From the NCBI GenBank assembly GCA_035499735.1, contig DATJYC010000049.1, positions 147,070 through 211,069 of the forward strand: a DNA stretch of 64,000 bases, read 5' to 3'. Made by a program: the position numbers and the translations under genes. The notes below the pieces were generated by a model, which saw only the letters and a program-made list of their open reading frames with translations, searched no databases and was not told the DNA's origin. Of this stretch, positions 30,250-39,454 are shown in pieces (within the stretch, counting starts at the first letter, position 1; every line of letters starts with the position of its first letter). Origin of the DNA: Burkholderiales bacterium. GTDB taxonomy: Bacteria; Pseudomonadota; Gammaproteobacteria; Burkholderiales; SG8-39.

Positions 30250-31919
30250 AGCTGCCCCGCTCTCCGCTCGCGGCTCTCGGATTTACCCTGATCTGGATGT
30301 TCCTGATCGTTTTCGTCTTCTACCCGCTCACCCGGATCTTCTACGACGCCTTCACCGACGAGGCGGGGCGGGCGACGCTCGCGAACTTCCACGAGTTCTT
30401 CACCGATTCGTTCTATCTGCGGTCGCTGTGGAAATCGCTCGCGCTCGGGGCCGCCGCGGTGATCACGACCTCGGTCGTGGGGATCGCGGTGGCCTTCCTG
30501 ATCCTGCGCTACGAGTTTCCGTACAGGAACCTCTTCTCCTACCTCACCATGCTGCCGATGATCCTCCCGCCGCTGGTGGGCGTGCTCGGCTTCGTCTTCA
30601 TCCTCGGCCGCGCGGGAACGGTGAACGTGCTTCTCGAGGAATGGCTGGGCCTCGCGCACCCGGTGAATTTCATGTACGGAGTTCACGGCGTGCTGCTCGT
30701 CGAGACCGTGCACCTCTTCCCGATGATGACGCTCAGCATTCTCGATTCGCTCGCCAAGGTCGATCCTTCGCTCGAGGAGGCGGCGCAGGGCATGGGCGCC
30801 AGAGGGTGGCGCAGGTTCTGGGACGTGACGCTGCCGCTGACCACTCCGGGCTACGTGTCGGGGGCGCTGCTCGTCTTCATCTGGACCTTCGCCGATTTCA
30901 TCACACCGCTGGTCCTGGGGGTGCAGGACCTGCTCGCCCCGCAGGCCTACCTGAACATCGTGCAGTTCGTCGACCGGCGCATCTTCCGCATGGGAATCGT
31001 CATCTCGGCGCTGCTCGTCCTCCTCGCGATAGTCTTCGTTCTTGCGGCGCGCCAGTACGTCGCGATCAAGGACTACAGCTCGCTAGCCTATTCCAGGGTC
31101 GAGCGCCGGCGCCTGGGGCCCGTGGCCCGCTGGGCCGCTGTGGGCTTCCTGTCGACGCTCATGTTCGTATCGCTCGTGCCGCAGGCGGGCGTGCTGCTTG
31201 CGGCGGTGGGCCGCGGCTGGTCGCTCACCCCGTTCCCGCTTCACTACACGCTGGAGTTCTTCGACCAGGTGAGCGTGGAGACGCCGAAGTTCATCGTGAA
31301 CTCGCTCCTCTTCTGCGGCGTCGCCGTGTTCCTGTGCCTGGCGATCGGCGTGCCGATGGCGTGGATCATGGGGCGAACGAACGCCCCCGGGCGCGGCGCG
31401 ATGGACGCGCTCACCACGCTGATGCTCGCCATTCCGGGAACCGCGGTCGGCATCGCCTACGTGCGCGCCTTCAATTTCCCTCTGCCGGTCCTCGACGTCC
31501 CGCTTACCGGCATGTGGCTGATACTTCCGCTGGTCCTCGCCGTTCGCCGCCTGCCCTACACCGTGCGCGGAAGCTACTCGTCGCTGCTCCTGGTGCACAG
31601 ATCCATGGAGGAAGCGGCGGAGAACGTCGGCGCAACCAAGCTACGCACCTTCCGCGACATCACCGTGCCCCTCGTATGGAAGGGCATCTTCGTCGGCGGC
31701 CTGTTCTCCTTCATCACCTCGATCCAGGAGGCTTCCGCGACGATATTCCTCACCCTGGGCGGGCGCGAGATGATTCCCTACGGCATCTTCAGCTTCTACA
31801 TCGCCGGCTCGCAGAGCCAGGCCGCCGCGCTGGGTGTGATCCTGATCGCGGTGTGCGCGCTGAGCCTGTTTATAGTCAACCGCGTCGCTGGCGCGCGCGT
31901 CGGCGGACTCTTCGGCTGA
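30246..31919 (+). CDS. ABC transporter permease, fused two-domain type
   Basis: ATG 30246 overlaps the upstream TGA (ATGA). About 557 aa with about 12 TM segments, resembling FbpB/ThiP/PhnU2-type fused permeases. Confidence 0.85.
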   Translation: MKLPRSPLAALGFTLIWMFLIVFVFYPLTRIFYDAFTDEAGRATLANFHEFFTDSFYLRSLWKSLALGAAAVITTSVVGIAVAFLILRYEFPYRNLFSYLTMLPMILPPLVGVLGFVFILGRAGTVNVLLEEWLGLAHPVNFMYGVHGVLLVETVHLFPMMTLSILDSLAKVDPSLEEAAQGMGARGWRRFWDVTLPLTTPGYVSGALLVFIWTFADFITPLVLGVQDLLAPQAYLNIVQFVDRRIFRMGIVISALLVLLAIVFVLAARQYVAIKDYSSLAYSRVERRRLGPVARWAAVGFLSTLMFVSLVPQAGVLLAAVGRGWSLTPFPLHYTLEFFDQVSVETPKFIVNSLLFCGVAVFLCLAIGVPMAWIMGRTNAPGRGAMDALTTLMLAIPGTAVGIAYVRAFNFPLPVLDVPLTGMWLILPLVLAVRRLPYTVRGSYSSLLLVHRSMEEAAENVGATKLRTFRDITVPLVWKGIFVGGLFSFITSIQEASATIFLTLGGREMIPYGIFSFYIAGSQSQAAALGVILIAVCALSLFIVNRVAGARVGGLFG

Positions 31920-32699
31920 ATGAGGCCGCTCGCAGAGCTCGACTCTCGCGGCGTGAAGGCCGTGCTCGTGGACATCGACGAGACGCTGACCACCCGGGGC
32001 AGGCTCACCGCGGATGCCTACGCCGCGCTCGAGCGGCTGCACTCGCACGGCAGGATAGTCGTGCCCGTCACCGGACGCCCCGCGGGCTGGTGCGACCATA
32101 TCGCGCGCATGTGGCCGGTCGACGCCGTGGTGGGCGAGAACGGCGCGTTCTACTTCTTCTACTCCGACGGCAGGCTTCACAAGCGCTTTCTCGAAGACGG
32201 GGCGGCGCGTGCGCAGAAGCGCGCCCGCCTCGACGAGATCGCCAGGCGGATCCTCAGAGATATCCCAGGCAGCGCGCTTGCGGCCGATCAGGCGTACCGC
32301 GAGACCGATCTCGCGATCGACTACTGCGAGGACGTCCCCGCGCTGCCGCTCGGGGCGGCGGAGCGCATCGCGGCGCTGATGGAGGAGCGCGGGCTCAAGG
32401 CGAAGATCAGCTCGATCCACGTCAACGGCTGGTTCGGTAGCTACGACAAGCTCGCGACCAGCCGGCTCGCATTCGCCGAGCGCTTCGCCCTGGACCTCGA
32501 TGCCTCGAACCGGGAATGCGTGTTCGTGGGCGACTCCGAGAACGACGCGCCGATGTTCGGCTTCTTCCAGAATTCGGTAGGCGTCGCCAATGTCCGCCGC
32601 TTCGAGAGTCGACTCGCCGCCGCGCCGAAGTATGTGACGCGCGAGGCGGCTGGCGCCGGTTTCGTAGAGCTCGCCGAGCATCTGCTCGGCCGCGACTGA
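31920..32699 (+). CDS. HAD-IIB family hydrolase (sugar-phosphate phosphatase-like)
   Basis: The DxD motif VLVDIDETLT, VPVTGRP and the C-terminal GDSENDAPMF motif are present. The ATG directly abuts the permease stop. Confidence 0.8.
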   Translation: MRPLAELDSRGVKAVLVDIDETLTTRGRLTADAYAALERLHSHGRIVVPVTGRPAGWCDHIARMWPVDAVVGENGAFYFFYSDGRLHKRFLEDGAARAQKRARLDEIARRILRDIPGSALAADQAYRETDLAIDYCEDVPALPLGAAERIAALMEERGLKAKISSIHVNGWFGSYDKLATSRLAFAERFALDLDASNRECVFVGDSENDAPMFGFFQNSVGVANVRRFESRLAAAPKYVTREAAGAGFVELAEHLLGRD

Positions 32700-32716
32700 G
32701 ATGCCCTGTGGCCGAC

Positions 32717-33160
32717 TCAGCGCCGCTTGGCGCGGGTGAGCAGCACCGGCACCGGCGAGCGGCGTACCACCTGCTCGGCGTCGCTCCCGAGGGCGAGCCG
32801 CGTGATCCCGCGACGTCCGTGCGTGCCCATGACGATGAGGTCGGCGCGCCACCGCTTCGCCTCCTTGACGATCACCTTGGCGGCCCGACCGGCAATCGCG
32901 ACGTAGAGCGCAGTCTGGGGAGTGACTCCTCGCCGCAGGCACAGGCGCTCGTACCGCCGCAGAAGCTCCTCGCCGCGCTCCTTCACTCGGGCGTACAGTT
33001 GCGAGGCGGGGACGTCTCCATTGCGCGTTGGCGCGAGCTCCCGCGAGAGGTGCACTAGCCGCAGGCGCGCCTTGCGCTCGCGAGCGAGCGACAGCGCAAC
33101 GCGCAGGCCCGCGGTGGAAGGCCCGCTTCCGTCAACCGGCACGAGGATGCGTCGGAACAT
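32717..33160 (-). CDS. Universal stress protein (UspA family)
   Basis: 147 aa: MFRRILVPVDGS...ADLIVMGTHGRRG...LGSDAEQVVRRSPVPVLL. Confidence 0.85.
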   Translation of the reverse strand: MFRRILVPVDGSGPSTAGLRVALSLARERKARLRLVHLSRELAPTRNGDVPASQLYARVKERGEELLRRYERLCLRRGVTPQTALYVAIAGRAAKVIVKEAKRWRADLIVMGTHGRRGITRLALGSDAEQVVRRSPVPVLLTRAKRR

Positions 33161-33288
33161 TCGTCCTGCTCCGGCGAAATGATGCCCGGTTTCGCGCGAC
33201 TCTGCTGCGCTCTGCCGGGCGCTCCGTCGTGCTAACATTCGGCGCTTCGCCCCTCCAGGGCAGCGGTCTCGGTGGAGCCGTACCGAAG

Positions 33289-34290
33289 ATGTCCACACCG
33301 GAGCTCCTCCTGGTGCTGCTCGCGGTTGCGTTCGCTTTCGATTTCCTCAACGGCGTGCACGACAGCGCGGACGCGGTCGCGACCATCATCGCCTCGCGCG
33401 CGATGAGCGCGCGGGGCGCGCTCGCCCTGGCTGCTGCCGCGAGCCTCGCGGGCCCGTTCCTCTTGGGTATCGCGGTCGCCGAGACAGTCGGCGCTGGCTT
33501 GGTGCGCCCGCAGTCGATCACCATTGCAGTCGTGATCGCAGCGCTACTTGCCGCGGGACTGTGCAACGCGGTGACCTGGTACATCGGCGTTCCGGTGAGC
33601 TCGTCGCACGCGCTGATCGGCGGCGTGGTCGGCGCGGCCGCCGCCGGCTCCGGGCTCGCCGCGGTCCAGGCGCAGGGACTGTGGAAGGTCGCGCTCGCCT
33701 TGCTCTTGTCGCCTCTGCTCGGCTTCGTCGCCGCCCTCGCGGTGATGCACGTCCTGTGGTGGCTCTTGCGCGAGGCGACTCCCAAGGCCAACGTCGCCCT
33801 CTCCAGGGCGCAGGTGCTCGCCGCGGCGGCCCTCGCCATGAGCCAGGGCGCCAACAACGCGCAGAAGACGGCCGGCATGATCTCGCTGGGACTGGTGACG
33901 CTGGGAGTGACGCCGGCATTTGCCGTGCCCTGGTGGGCTATCGCATTGAGCGCGTCGGCGATTGCGCTCGGGACGGCTGTCGGAGGACGGCGCATCATCC
34001 GCACGCTGGGAGTGCGCCTCTACCGGATCCGTCCGATCCACAGCTTCGCCGCGCAGACGTCCTCGGCGGCGGTGATCCTGGGGATGTCGTTCGCCGGAGG
34101 CCCCGTCAGCACTACGCAGGTAACCAGCCTCGCGATCGTCGGTGCGGGGGCGGCCGAGCGCAAGTCGCAGGTACGCTGGTCGGCCTTGGCGCAGATCGCC
34201 ATCGCCTGGGTGCTGACCCTGCCGGCCGCGATGCTGCTGGCGATACCGCTGCATTACCTTGTCGAGGTGATGGTGAAGCACGGAGGCTGA
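33289..34290 (+). CDS. Inorganic phosphate transporter, PiT family
   Basis: AFDFLNGVHDSADAVAT signature and a second half with GANNAQKT. ATG at 33289 lies inside the longer track ORF. Confidence 0.88.
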   Translation: MSTPELLLVLLAVAFAFDFLNGVHDSADAVATIIASRAMSARGALALAAAASLAGPFLLGIAVAETVGAGLVRPQSITIAVVIAALLAAGLCNAVTWYIGVPVSSSHALIGGVVGAAAAGSGLAAVQAQGLWKVALALLLSPLLGFVAALAVMHVLWWLLREATPKANVALSRAQVLAAAALAMSQGANNAQKTAGMISLGLVTLGVTPAFAVPWWAIALSASAIALGTAVGGRRIIRTLGVRLYRIRPIHSFAAQTSSAAVILGMSFAGGPVSTTQVTSLAIVGAGAAERKSQVRWSALAQIAIAWVLTLPAAMLLAIPLHYLVEVMVKHGG

Positions 34291-34292
34291 CG

Positions 34293-34919
34293 ATGGGATG
34301 GTTCGACGGACGCGTGAAGGAAGGCAACAAGTTCATCACGATGCTGGTTGCGCAGGCCGCGAAGTCAATAGAGGGGGTACGCTACCTTGAGGGAACGCTG
34401 GCACGGGTCGATACCGGAACCGTCGACGAGCTGCGCAGGCTCGCCGACGGCGCGAGCGAGCTGCGCAGCGTCCTCATCGACGAGCTGCACAAGACGTTCA
34501 TCACCCCCATCGACCGCGAGGATATCTTCAACCTGTCGCACTGCTACGAGGACATGGTGACGTACGCGCTCACGACCATGGAAGAGATGCATATCCTCAA
34601 GGTGGACTCCGACGACCACATTCGCAGGATGGTCGAGTTCGTCCGCCAGGAAACGCAGCAGCTGGAGCTGGCGATTCAGCGCCTAGCTGGGAACCCCCGG
34701 GTCGCCGGCGATCACGCCCGCGATGTCCACCAGATGGAACGTGAGGTCGAGCGTCTCTACCGCACGGCGATCAAGGACCTGTTTGCTCGCGCCACCGAGG
34801 CGGAGCGGCTTCCCGGGCTGTTCTACCGCCGCGAGGTCTACCGGCACATCTCGAACATGTCGGACCGGGCCGACTTTGCCGCCAATGTTCTCGGCATGAT
34901 CGTGATGAAGCTCGCCTAG
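34293..34919 (+). CDS. DUF47/PhoU-like phosphate transport regulator
   Basis: The ATG lies 2 nt after the PiT stop. TPIDREDI and VYRHISNMSDRADFAANVL motifs are typical of TIGR00153/DUF47 PiT partners. Confidence 0.8.
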   Translation: MGWFDGRVKEGNKFITMLVAQAAKSIEGVRYLEGTLARVDTGTVDELRRLADGASELRSVLIDELHKTFITPIDREDIFNLSHCYEDMVTYALTTMEEMHILKVDSDDHIRRMVEFVRQETQQLELAIQRLAGNPRVAGDHARDVHQMEREVERLYRTAIKDLFARATEAERLPGLFYRREVYRHISNMSDRADFAANVLGMIVMKLA

Positions 34920-34936
34920 GGCGCGATGGCAGGCGC

Positions 34937-34950
34937 TTGACGCGGGTCAA
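34937..34950 (+). promoter_or_regulatory. Crp/Fnr-type palindrome TTGAC-GCGG-GTCAA upstream of sucC
   Basis: Perfect inverted repeat read from the sequence. A weak -10-like GATGAT at 34974-34979 lies about 30 nt from the box centre. Confidence 0.5.
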
Positions 34951-35005
34951 TGAGCGCCCGCACTGCTCGCGGCGATGATTGCGGCTACACTCCGGGACGC
35001 AGGCG

Positions 35006-36271
35006 ATGAAAATCCACGAATACCAGGCCAAGGAAATACTGCGGAAGTACGGCGTCGCCACGCCCCGCGGCGTCCCCTGCTTCTCGGTCGACGAGGCGGT
35101 GAGAGTCGCGCGCGAGCTGGGCGGCAAGGTGTGGGTGGTCAAGGCGCAGATCCACGCCGGCGGCCGCGGCAAGGGCGGCGGCGTGAAGGTCGTGAGAACC
35201 GAGGGAGAAGTGCGCGAATGGGCCGGCAGGATCCTCGGGATGATGCTGAAGACGCATCAGACCGGGCCCGAAGGGCAGAAGGTTCGCAGGCTCCTCGTGG
35301 AGGAGGGCGCAGACATCAGGAAGGAGCTCTACGTCGGCATGGTGGTCGACCGCAGCACGCAGCGGGTCGCGCTGATGGCTTCCAGCGAAGGCGGCATGGA
35401 CATCGAGGAAGTCGCCGCGCACGCGCCCGAGAAGATCCATACTGTGTTCGTCGACCCGGGCACGGGGCTGAAGGACTCGGAGGCCGACGGCCTCGCGAGG
35501 AAGATCGGCGTGCCGGACGCGAGCGTGCCGCAGGCGCGCGCGATCCTCAAGGGCCTGTACCGCGCATTCGACGAGACCGACTGCAGCCTCGCCGAGATCA
35601 ACCCGCTGATCCTCACCGGCGACGGCCGTGTGGTCGCGCTCGACGCGAAGATCAACTTCGACGACAACGCGGCTTTCCGCCACCCGGAATGGCGGCAGCT
35701 GCGCGACCTCGACGAGGAGGACCCGCAGGAAGTCGAGGCCTCGAAGTACGACCTCAACTACATCCAGCTCGACGGCGACATCGGCTGCCTCGTGAACGGC
35801 GCGGGCCTCGCCATGGCGACCATGGACATCATCAAGCTGTACGGCGGGTCGCCCGCCAACTTCCTCGACGTCGGCGGCGGCGCGACCACCGAGAAGGTCA
35901 CCGAGGCCTTCAAGATCATGCTGCGCATCCCGCACCTGAAGGCGATCCTCGTGAACATCTTCGGCGGCATCATGAAGTGCGACGTGATCGCCGCGGGCGT
36001 GGTCGCGGCGGCGAAACAGGTGAGCCTGCGCGTGCCGCTGGTCGTGCGCCTCGAAGGCACCAACGTCGACCTCGGCAAGAAGATCCTCGCGGAATCCGGC
36101 CTGCCGATCATCTCGGCGAGCAACATGGCCGACGCCGGGAAGAAGGTCGTCGCGGCGGCGGGAGGAAGACCGAAGGCCAAGTCGAAGCCGACGCCGAAGA
36201 AGAAGGCGAAGAGCAGGACGCCGAAGGGGAAACCGGCGAAGAAGGCAAAGAGGAAGAAAGGGAAGCGCTGA
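35006..36271 (+). CDS. sucC: Succinate--CoA ligase (ADP-forming) beta subunit with a lysine-rich C-terminal extension
   Basis: [42 protein letters not shown] and [10 protein letters not shown] motifs. There are an extra 36 C-terminal residues, [37 protein letters not shown] malate-thiokinase-type specificity cannot be excluded from sequence alone. Confidence 0.88.
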   Translation: MKIHEYQAKEILRKYGVATPRGVPCFSVDEAVRVARELGGKVWVVKAQIHAGGRGKGGGVKVVRTEGEVREWAGRILGMMLKTHQTGPEGQKVRRLLVEEGADIRKELYVGMVVDRSTQRVALMASSEGGMDIEEVAAHAPEKIHTVFVDPGTGLKDSEADGLARKIGVPDASVPQARAILKGLYRAFDETDCSLAEINPLILTGDGRVVALDAKINFDDNAAFRHPEWRQLRDLDEEDPQEVEASKYDLNYIQLDGDIGCLVNGAGLAMATMDIIKLYGGSPANFLDVGGGATTEKVTEAFKIMLRIPHLKAILVNIFGGIMKCDVIAAGVVAAAKQVSLRVPLVVRLEGTNVDLGKKILAESGLPIISASNMADAGKKVVAAAGGRPKAKSKPTPKKKAKSRTPKGKPAKKAKRKKGKR

Positions 36272-37149
36272 TGTCCATCCTCATCGGCAAGAACACCCGG
36301 GTGATGACGCAAGGCATCACCGGGAAGACCGGGATGTTCCATACCAAGATGGGCAAGGAATACGCGAATGGCCGAGCGTGCTACGTCGCGGGCGTCAATC
36401 CGAAGAAGCCGGGCGAGTCCTACGAGGGCATTCCCATCTTCGGCACCGTGAAGGAGGCGAAGCAGCACACCGGCGCGAACGTCTCGGTGATCTACGTGCC
36501 GCCGCCCTTCGCCGCTGCGGCGATCGACGAGGCGGTCGAGGCCGACCTCGACCTCGTGATCTGCATCACCGAGGGCATACCGGTGCGCGACATGATCCGC
36601 ACGAAATACAAGATGCAGGGCCGGCGCACCCGGCTCATCGGCCCGAACTGCCCGGGGATCATCACGCCGGACGAGATCAAGATCGGCATCATGCCCGGCC
36701 ACATCCACAAGAAGGGCCGCATCGGCGTGGTGTCGCGCTCGGGCACGCTCACGTACGAGGCGGTCGGCCAGCTGATGGAGCTGGGCCTGGGACAGTCCTC
36801 GTGCGTCGGCATCGGCGGCGACCCGGTGAACGGCATGAAGCACGTCGATGTGCTGAAGCTCTTCAACGACGATCCGGAAACGGACGCTGTCATCATGGTC
36901 GGCGAGATCGGCGGCTCGGACGAGGAAAACGCCGCGCGCTGGGTGAAGGCGAACATGAAGAAGCCGGTCGTCGGGTTCATCGCCGGCGTCACCGCGCCTC
37001 CGGGCAAGCGCATGGGGCACGCGGGCGCCATCATCTCTGGGGGCAAGGGCACCGCGCAGGAGAAGCTCGCGGTGATGGAGGAGTGCGGGATCAGGACCAC
37101 GAAGAATCCCGCGGAGATGGGGAAGCTGCTCAAGTCCGTCCTGAAGTAG
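36271..37149 (+). CDS. sucD: Succinate--CoA ligase alpha subunit
   Basis: [16 protein letters not shown] and the phosphohistidine loop GHAGAII. The ATG overlaps the sucC TGA by 1 nt. Confidence 0.92.
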   Translation: MSILIGKNTRVMTQGITGKTGMFHTKMGKEYANGRACYVAGVNPKKPGESYEGIPIFGTVKEAKQHTGANVSVIYVPPPFAAAAIDEAVEADLDLVICITEGIPVRDMIRTKYKMQGRRTRLIGPNCPGIITPDEIKIGIMPGHIHKKGRIGVVSRSGTLTYEAVGQLMELGLGQSSCVGIGGDPVNGMKHVDVLKLFNDDPETDAVIMVGEIGGSDEENAARWVKANMKKPVVGFIAGVTAPPGKRMGHAGAIISGGKGTAQEKLAVMEECGIRTTKNPAEMGKLLKSVLK

Positions 37150-37161
37150 CGCGCGCGGGAC

Positions 37162-39030
37162 GTGGCCAGCCCGAGCGACCTTGCCGACGTGCTGATCGCC
37201 GAAGGCAACCGGGCGGAGGATGCGGGGAGGCTGGCCGAGGCCTGCGACCTCTACCGCAAGGCCGTCGCCGCCGCGCCGCGCTACGCCAAGGCTCACCTCA
37301 ACCTCGGCATAGGCCTGGACGCCGCGGGCGACGCGGCCGGCGCGGCCGAGGCGTTCGAGGCGGCGCTCGCGGTCGAGCCCGACAATCCCTTCGCCAACTA
37401 CAACTTCGGCGGTCTGCTGTTCAGGCGCGGCGACCTCGGCCGCGCCGAGGAGCGGCTGCGGCGCGCGCTGCGGGCGAAGCCCGGGTTTCCGGAGGCCCAG
37501 GTCGCCCTGTCGAACGTGCTCGACGCGCGCGGGGATCTCGTTTCCGCGGCGGCGGCGCTCGAGACCGCGCTGGAGGCGCGGCCGGACTACGTGGGCGCGC
37601 TCTACAGCTACGGGGCGGTGCTGGCGAAGCTGCGCCAGCCCGCACAAGCGGAAGCGGCGCTGCGCCGCGCGATCGGGCTCGATCCCCGGTGCCTGCCGGC
37701 CTACGAGGTTCTCGGGGGCGTGCTGCGCGGGCAAGCGCGCATCGACGAAGCGCTCGACTGCTTCGGCTCGGCCCGAAGGCTCGCCCCGGAGAAACCCGAG
37801 CTCGAGTCCGCCGAGCTGTTCACGCTCAATTTCTCGGAGAAGATTTCCGCCGACGCGCTGTTCCAGCGGCACAAGGCGTTTGGAGAGCGCCTGGAGCGCG
37901 CCCATCCGCCGCGCTTCCGGCCGTTCCGCAATGCGCGCGACCCGGAGCGGCGCCTGCGGGTCGGCTACCTGTCGGGCGATCTGTGGCGGCACCCGGTGTC
38001 GCTTTTCCTGATCCCGGTGCTCGAAAGGCACGACCGGGAGGCGTTCGAGGCGCGCTGCTACGCGACCGGAACGACGAAAGACGAGGTCACGCAGGCCCTG
38101 GTGGACCGCGCCGACGTCTTTCGCGATGTCGCGTCCCTCCCGGACGACGAGGTCGCCGACGCGATTCACGCCGACGGTATCGACATCCTGGTCGATCTTT
38201 CCGGCCATTCCGGCGTGTATCGCCTGGGCGTGTTCGCGCAGCAGCCGTCCCCTGTCCAGGCGAGCTGGCTGGGATACCTCAATACCACGGGCCTCACCCG
38301 GATCCAGTACCGCGTCAGCGACCGCCACTGCGACCCCGAGGGCCCGGCCGATGCGGTGCACACGGAGAAGCTCGTCCGTCTTCCCCACAGCCAGTGGTGC
38401 TACCGGCCGTTCATCGCGGACAGTCCGCTAGCGGATCCGCCCGCGGCGAAGAAGGGGTTCGTCACCTTCGGGTCGTTCAACCACGTCTCTAAGATCTCGC
38501 CGGGGATACGCAGGCTGTGGGCCGCCATCCTCGGGCGCGTTCCGGACTCGCGCCTGGTGCTGGCCGGCGTCCCGCCGGGAGCCGCCGGCGAGCAGCTGCT
38601 CGCCGACCTGGGAGCGCCGGCCGGGAGGATCACGGCGCTGCCGCACGCGGGTCTCGACCAGTACCTGCGCTCGATCGGCGGCGTGGACATCGCGCTCGAC
38701 ACCACTCCCTACAGCGGAGGCACGACCACCTGCGACGCCCTGTGGATGGGAGTGCCCGTGCTGACGCTCGCGGGCTCGCGCTCGGTCTCGCGGAGCGCGG
38801 CCAGCGTTCTTTCGACGGTCGGGCTGCAGGAATGGATCGCGCCAACCGCCGAGGACTACGTGAGGCTGGCGGTCGAATTCGCGCGCGACCGGGACCGCCT
38901 CGCCGGCCTGCGCCGGTCGCTGCGCCAGAAGATGCGGGGTTCGCCTATCATGGACGAGGCGGGCTTCGTGCGCGATCTCGAGGGCGCCTACCGGGCGATG
39001 TGGCGAGCGTGGTGCGAGGGCGGTCCCTAG
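37162..39030 (+). CDS. TPR-repeat protein with C-terminal GT41 (O-GlcNAc transferase/SPINDLY-like) domain
   Basis: N-terminal TPR repeats. The C-terminal half carries GYLSGDLWRHPV, DILVDLSGHS, FGSFN and DTTPYSGGTTTCDALWMGVPVLT, which are characteristic of bacterial OGT-like proteins. The GTG start lies 12 nt after sucD. Confidence 0.8.
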   Translation: MASPSDLADVLIAEGNRAEDAGRLAEACDLYRKAVAAAPRYAKAHLNLGIGLDAAGDAAGAAEAFEAALAVEPDNPFANYNFGGLLFRRGDLGRAEERLRRALRAKPGFPEAQVALSNVLDARGDLVSAAAALETALEARPDYVGALYSYGAVLAKLRQPAQAEAALRRAIGLDPRCLPAYEVLGGVLRGQARIDEALDCFGSARRLAPEKPELESAELFTLNFSEKISADALFQRHKAFGERLERAHPPRFRPFRNARDPERRLRVGYLSGDLWRHPVSLFLIPVLERHDREAFEARCYATGTTKDEVTQALVDRADVFRDVASLPDDEVADAIHADGIDILVDLSGHSGVYRLGVFAQQPSPVQASWLGYLNTTGLTRIQYRVSDRHCDPEGPADAVHTEKLVRLPHSQWCYRPFIADSPLADPPAAKKGFVTFGSFNHVSKISPGIRRLWAAILGRVPDSRLVLAGVPPGAAGEQLLADLGAPAGRITALPHAGLDQYLRSIGGVDIALDTTPYSGGTTTCDALWMGVPVLTLAGSRSVSRSAASVLSTVGLQEWIAPTAEDYVRLAVEFARDRDRLAGLRRSLRQKMRGSPIMDEAGFVRDLEGAYRAMWRAWCEGGP

Positions 39031-39041
39031 CGGAGGTTCCG

Positions 39042-39377
39042 ATGTTCGGTGACTGGTTCAATTGCAAGGAAGTCGACGCGCTGGTGGACTCGATCGTCGC
39101 GGATCTGGTCAAGCGATTTCCTCCCGGACAGGTCGACCTTCCCGTCGAGAAGGCGGCGAAGCGCCTGAAGGGCGTGCACAACGAGGCGTTCAACCGCGTC
39201 GAGAACTTCGCCCGGACCCGGCCGCTGAACCTGTACAAGAAGGCGCACCTGGGCAACCGCTTCAAATGGTCGCTGCGGGAGGCGGGCTACGCCGGCGAGT
39301 TCGCCGACGCGGTCGCGTCAGAGTTCCTCACGCTCGCGACATACGCTTCTGCGGCGCGGAACAAGCCGAAATCCTGA
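39042..39377 (+). CDS. Hypothetical protein (111 aa)
   Basis: ATG preceded by a GGAGG SD at 39033-39037. No recognisable family. It sits 11 nt downstream of the OGT-like gene. Confidence 0.55.
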   Translation: MFGDWFNCKEVDALVDSIVADLVKRFPPGQVDLPVEKAAKRLKGVHNEAFNRVENFARTRPLNLYKKAHLGNRFKWSLREAGYAGEFADAVASEFLTLATYASAARNKPKS

Positions 39378-39405
39378 TCCTTCTCGTGGGCTGATGCCCA
39401 TGAAC

Positions 39406-39419
39406 TTGATTCGAGTCAA
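39406..39419 (+). promoter_or_regulatory. Crp/Fnr-type box TTGAT-TCGA-GTCAA upstream of the formate dehydrogenase genes
   Basis: Read from the sequence. A TAGAAT -10 hexamer at 39443-39448 lies about 30 nt from the box centre, a class-II-like geometry. Confidence 0.6.
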
Positions 39420-39454
39420 GCTTTTGCGCGCGCGCTCGGACGTAGAATGGGCGC

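Noticed and set aside
35758-38388. 876-aa minus-strand ORF antisense to sucC, sucD and the OGT-like gene. The same applies to 41040-44153, 47122-49116, 10736-12037, 12200-14446, 62076-63854 and other long shadow ORFs.
   Set aside because: The same reasoning applies. There are no family-like motifs and the composition is extremely rich in Arg, Asp, Gly and Ala. Every one overlaps a confidently assigned gene on the other strand.
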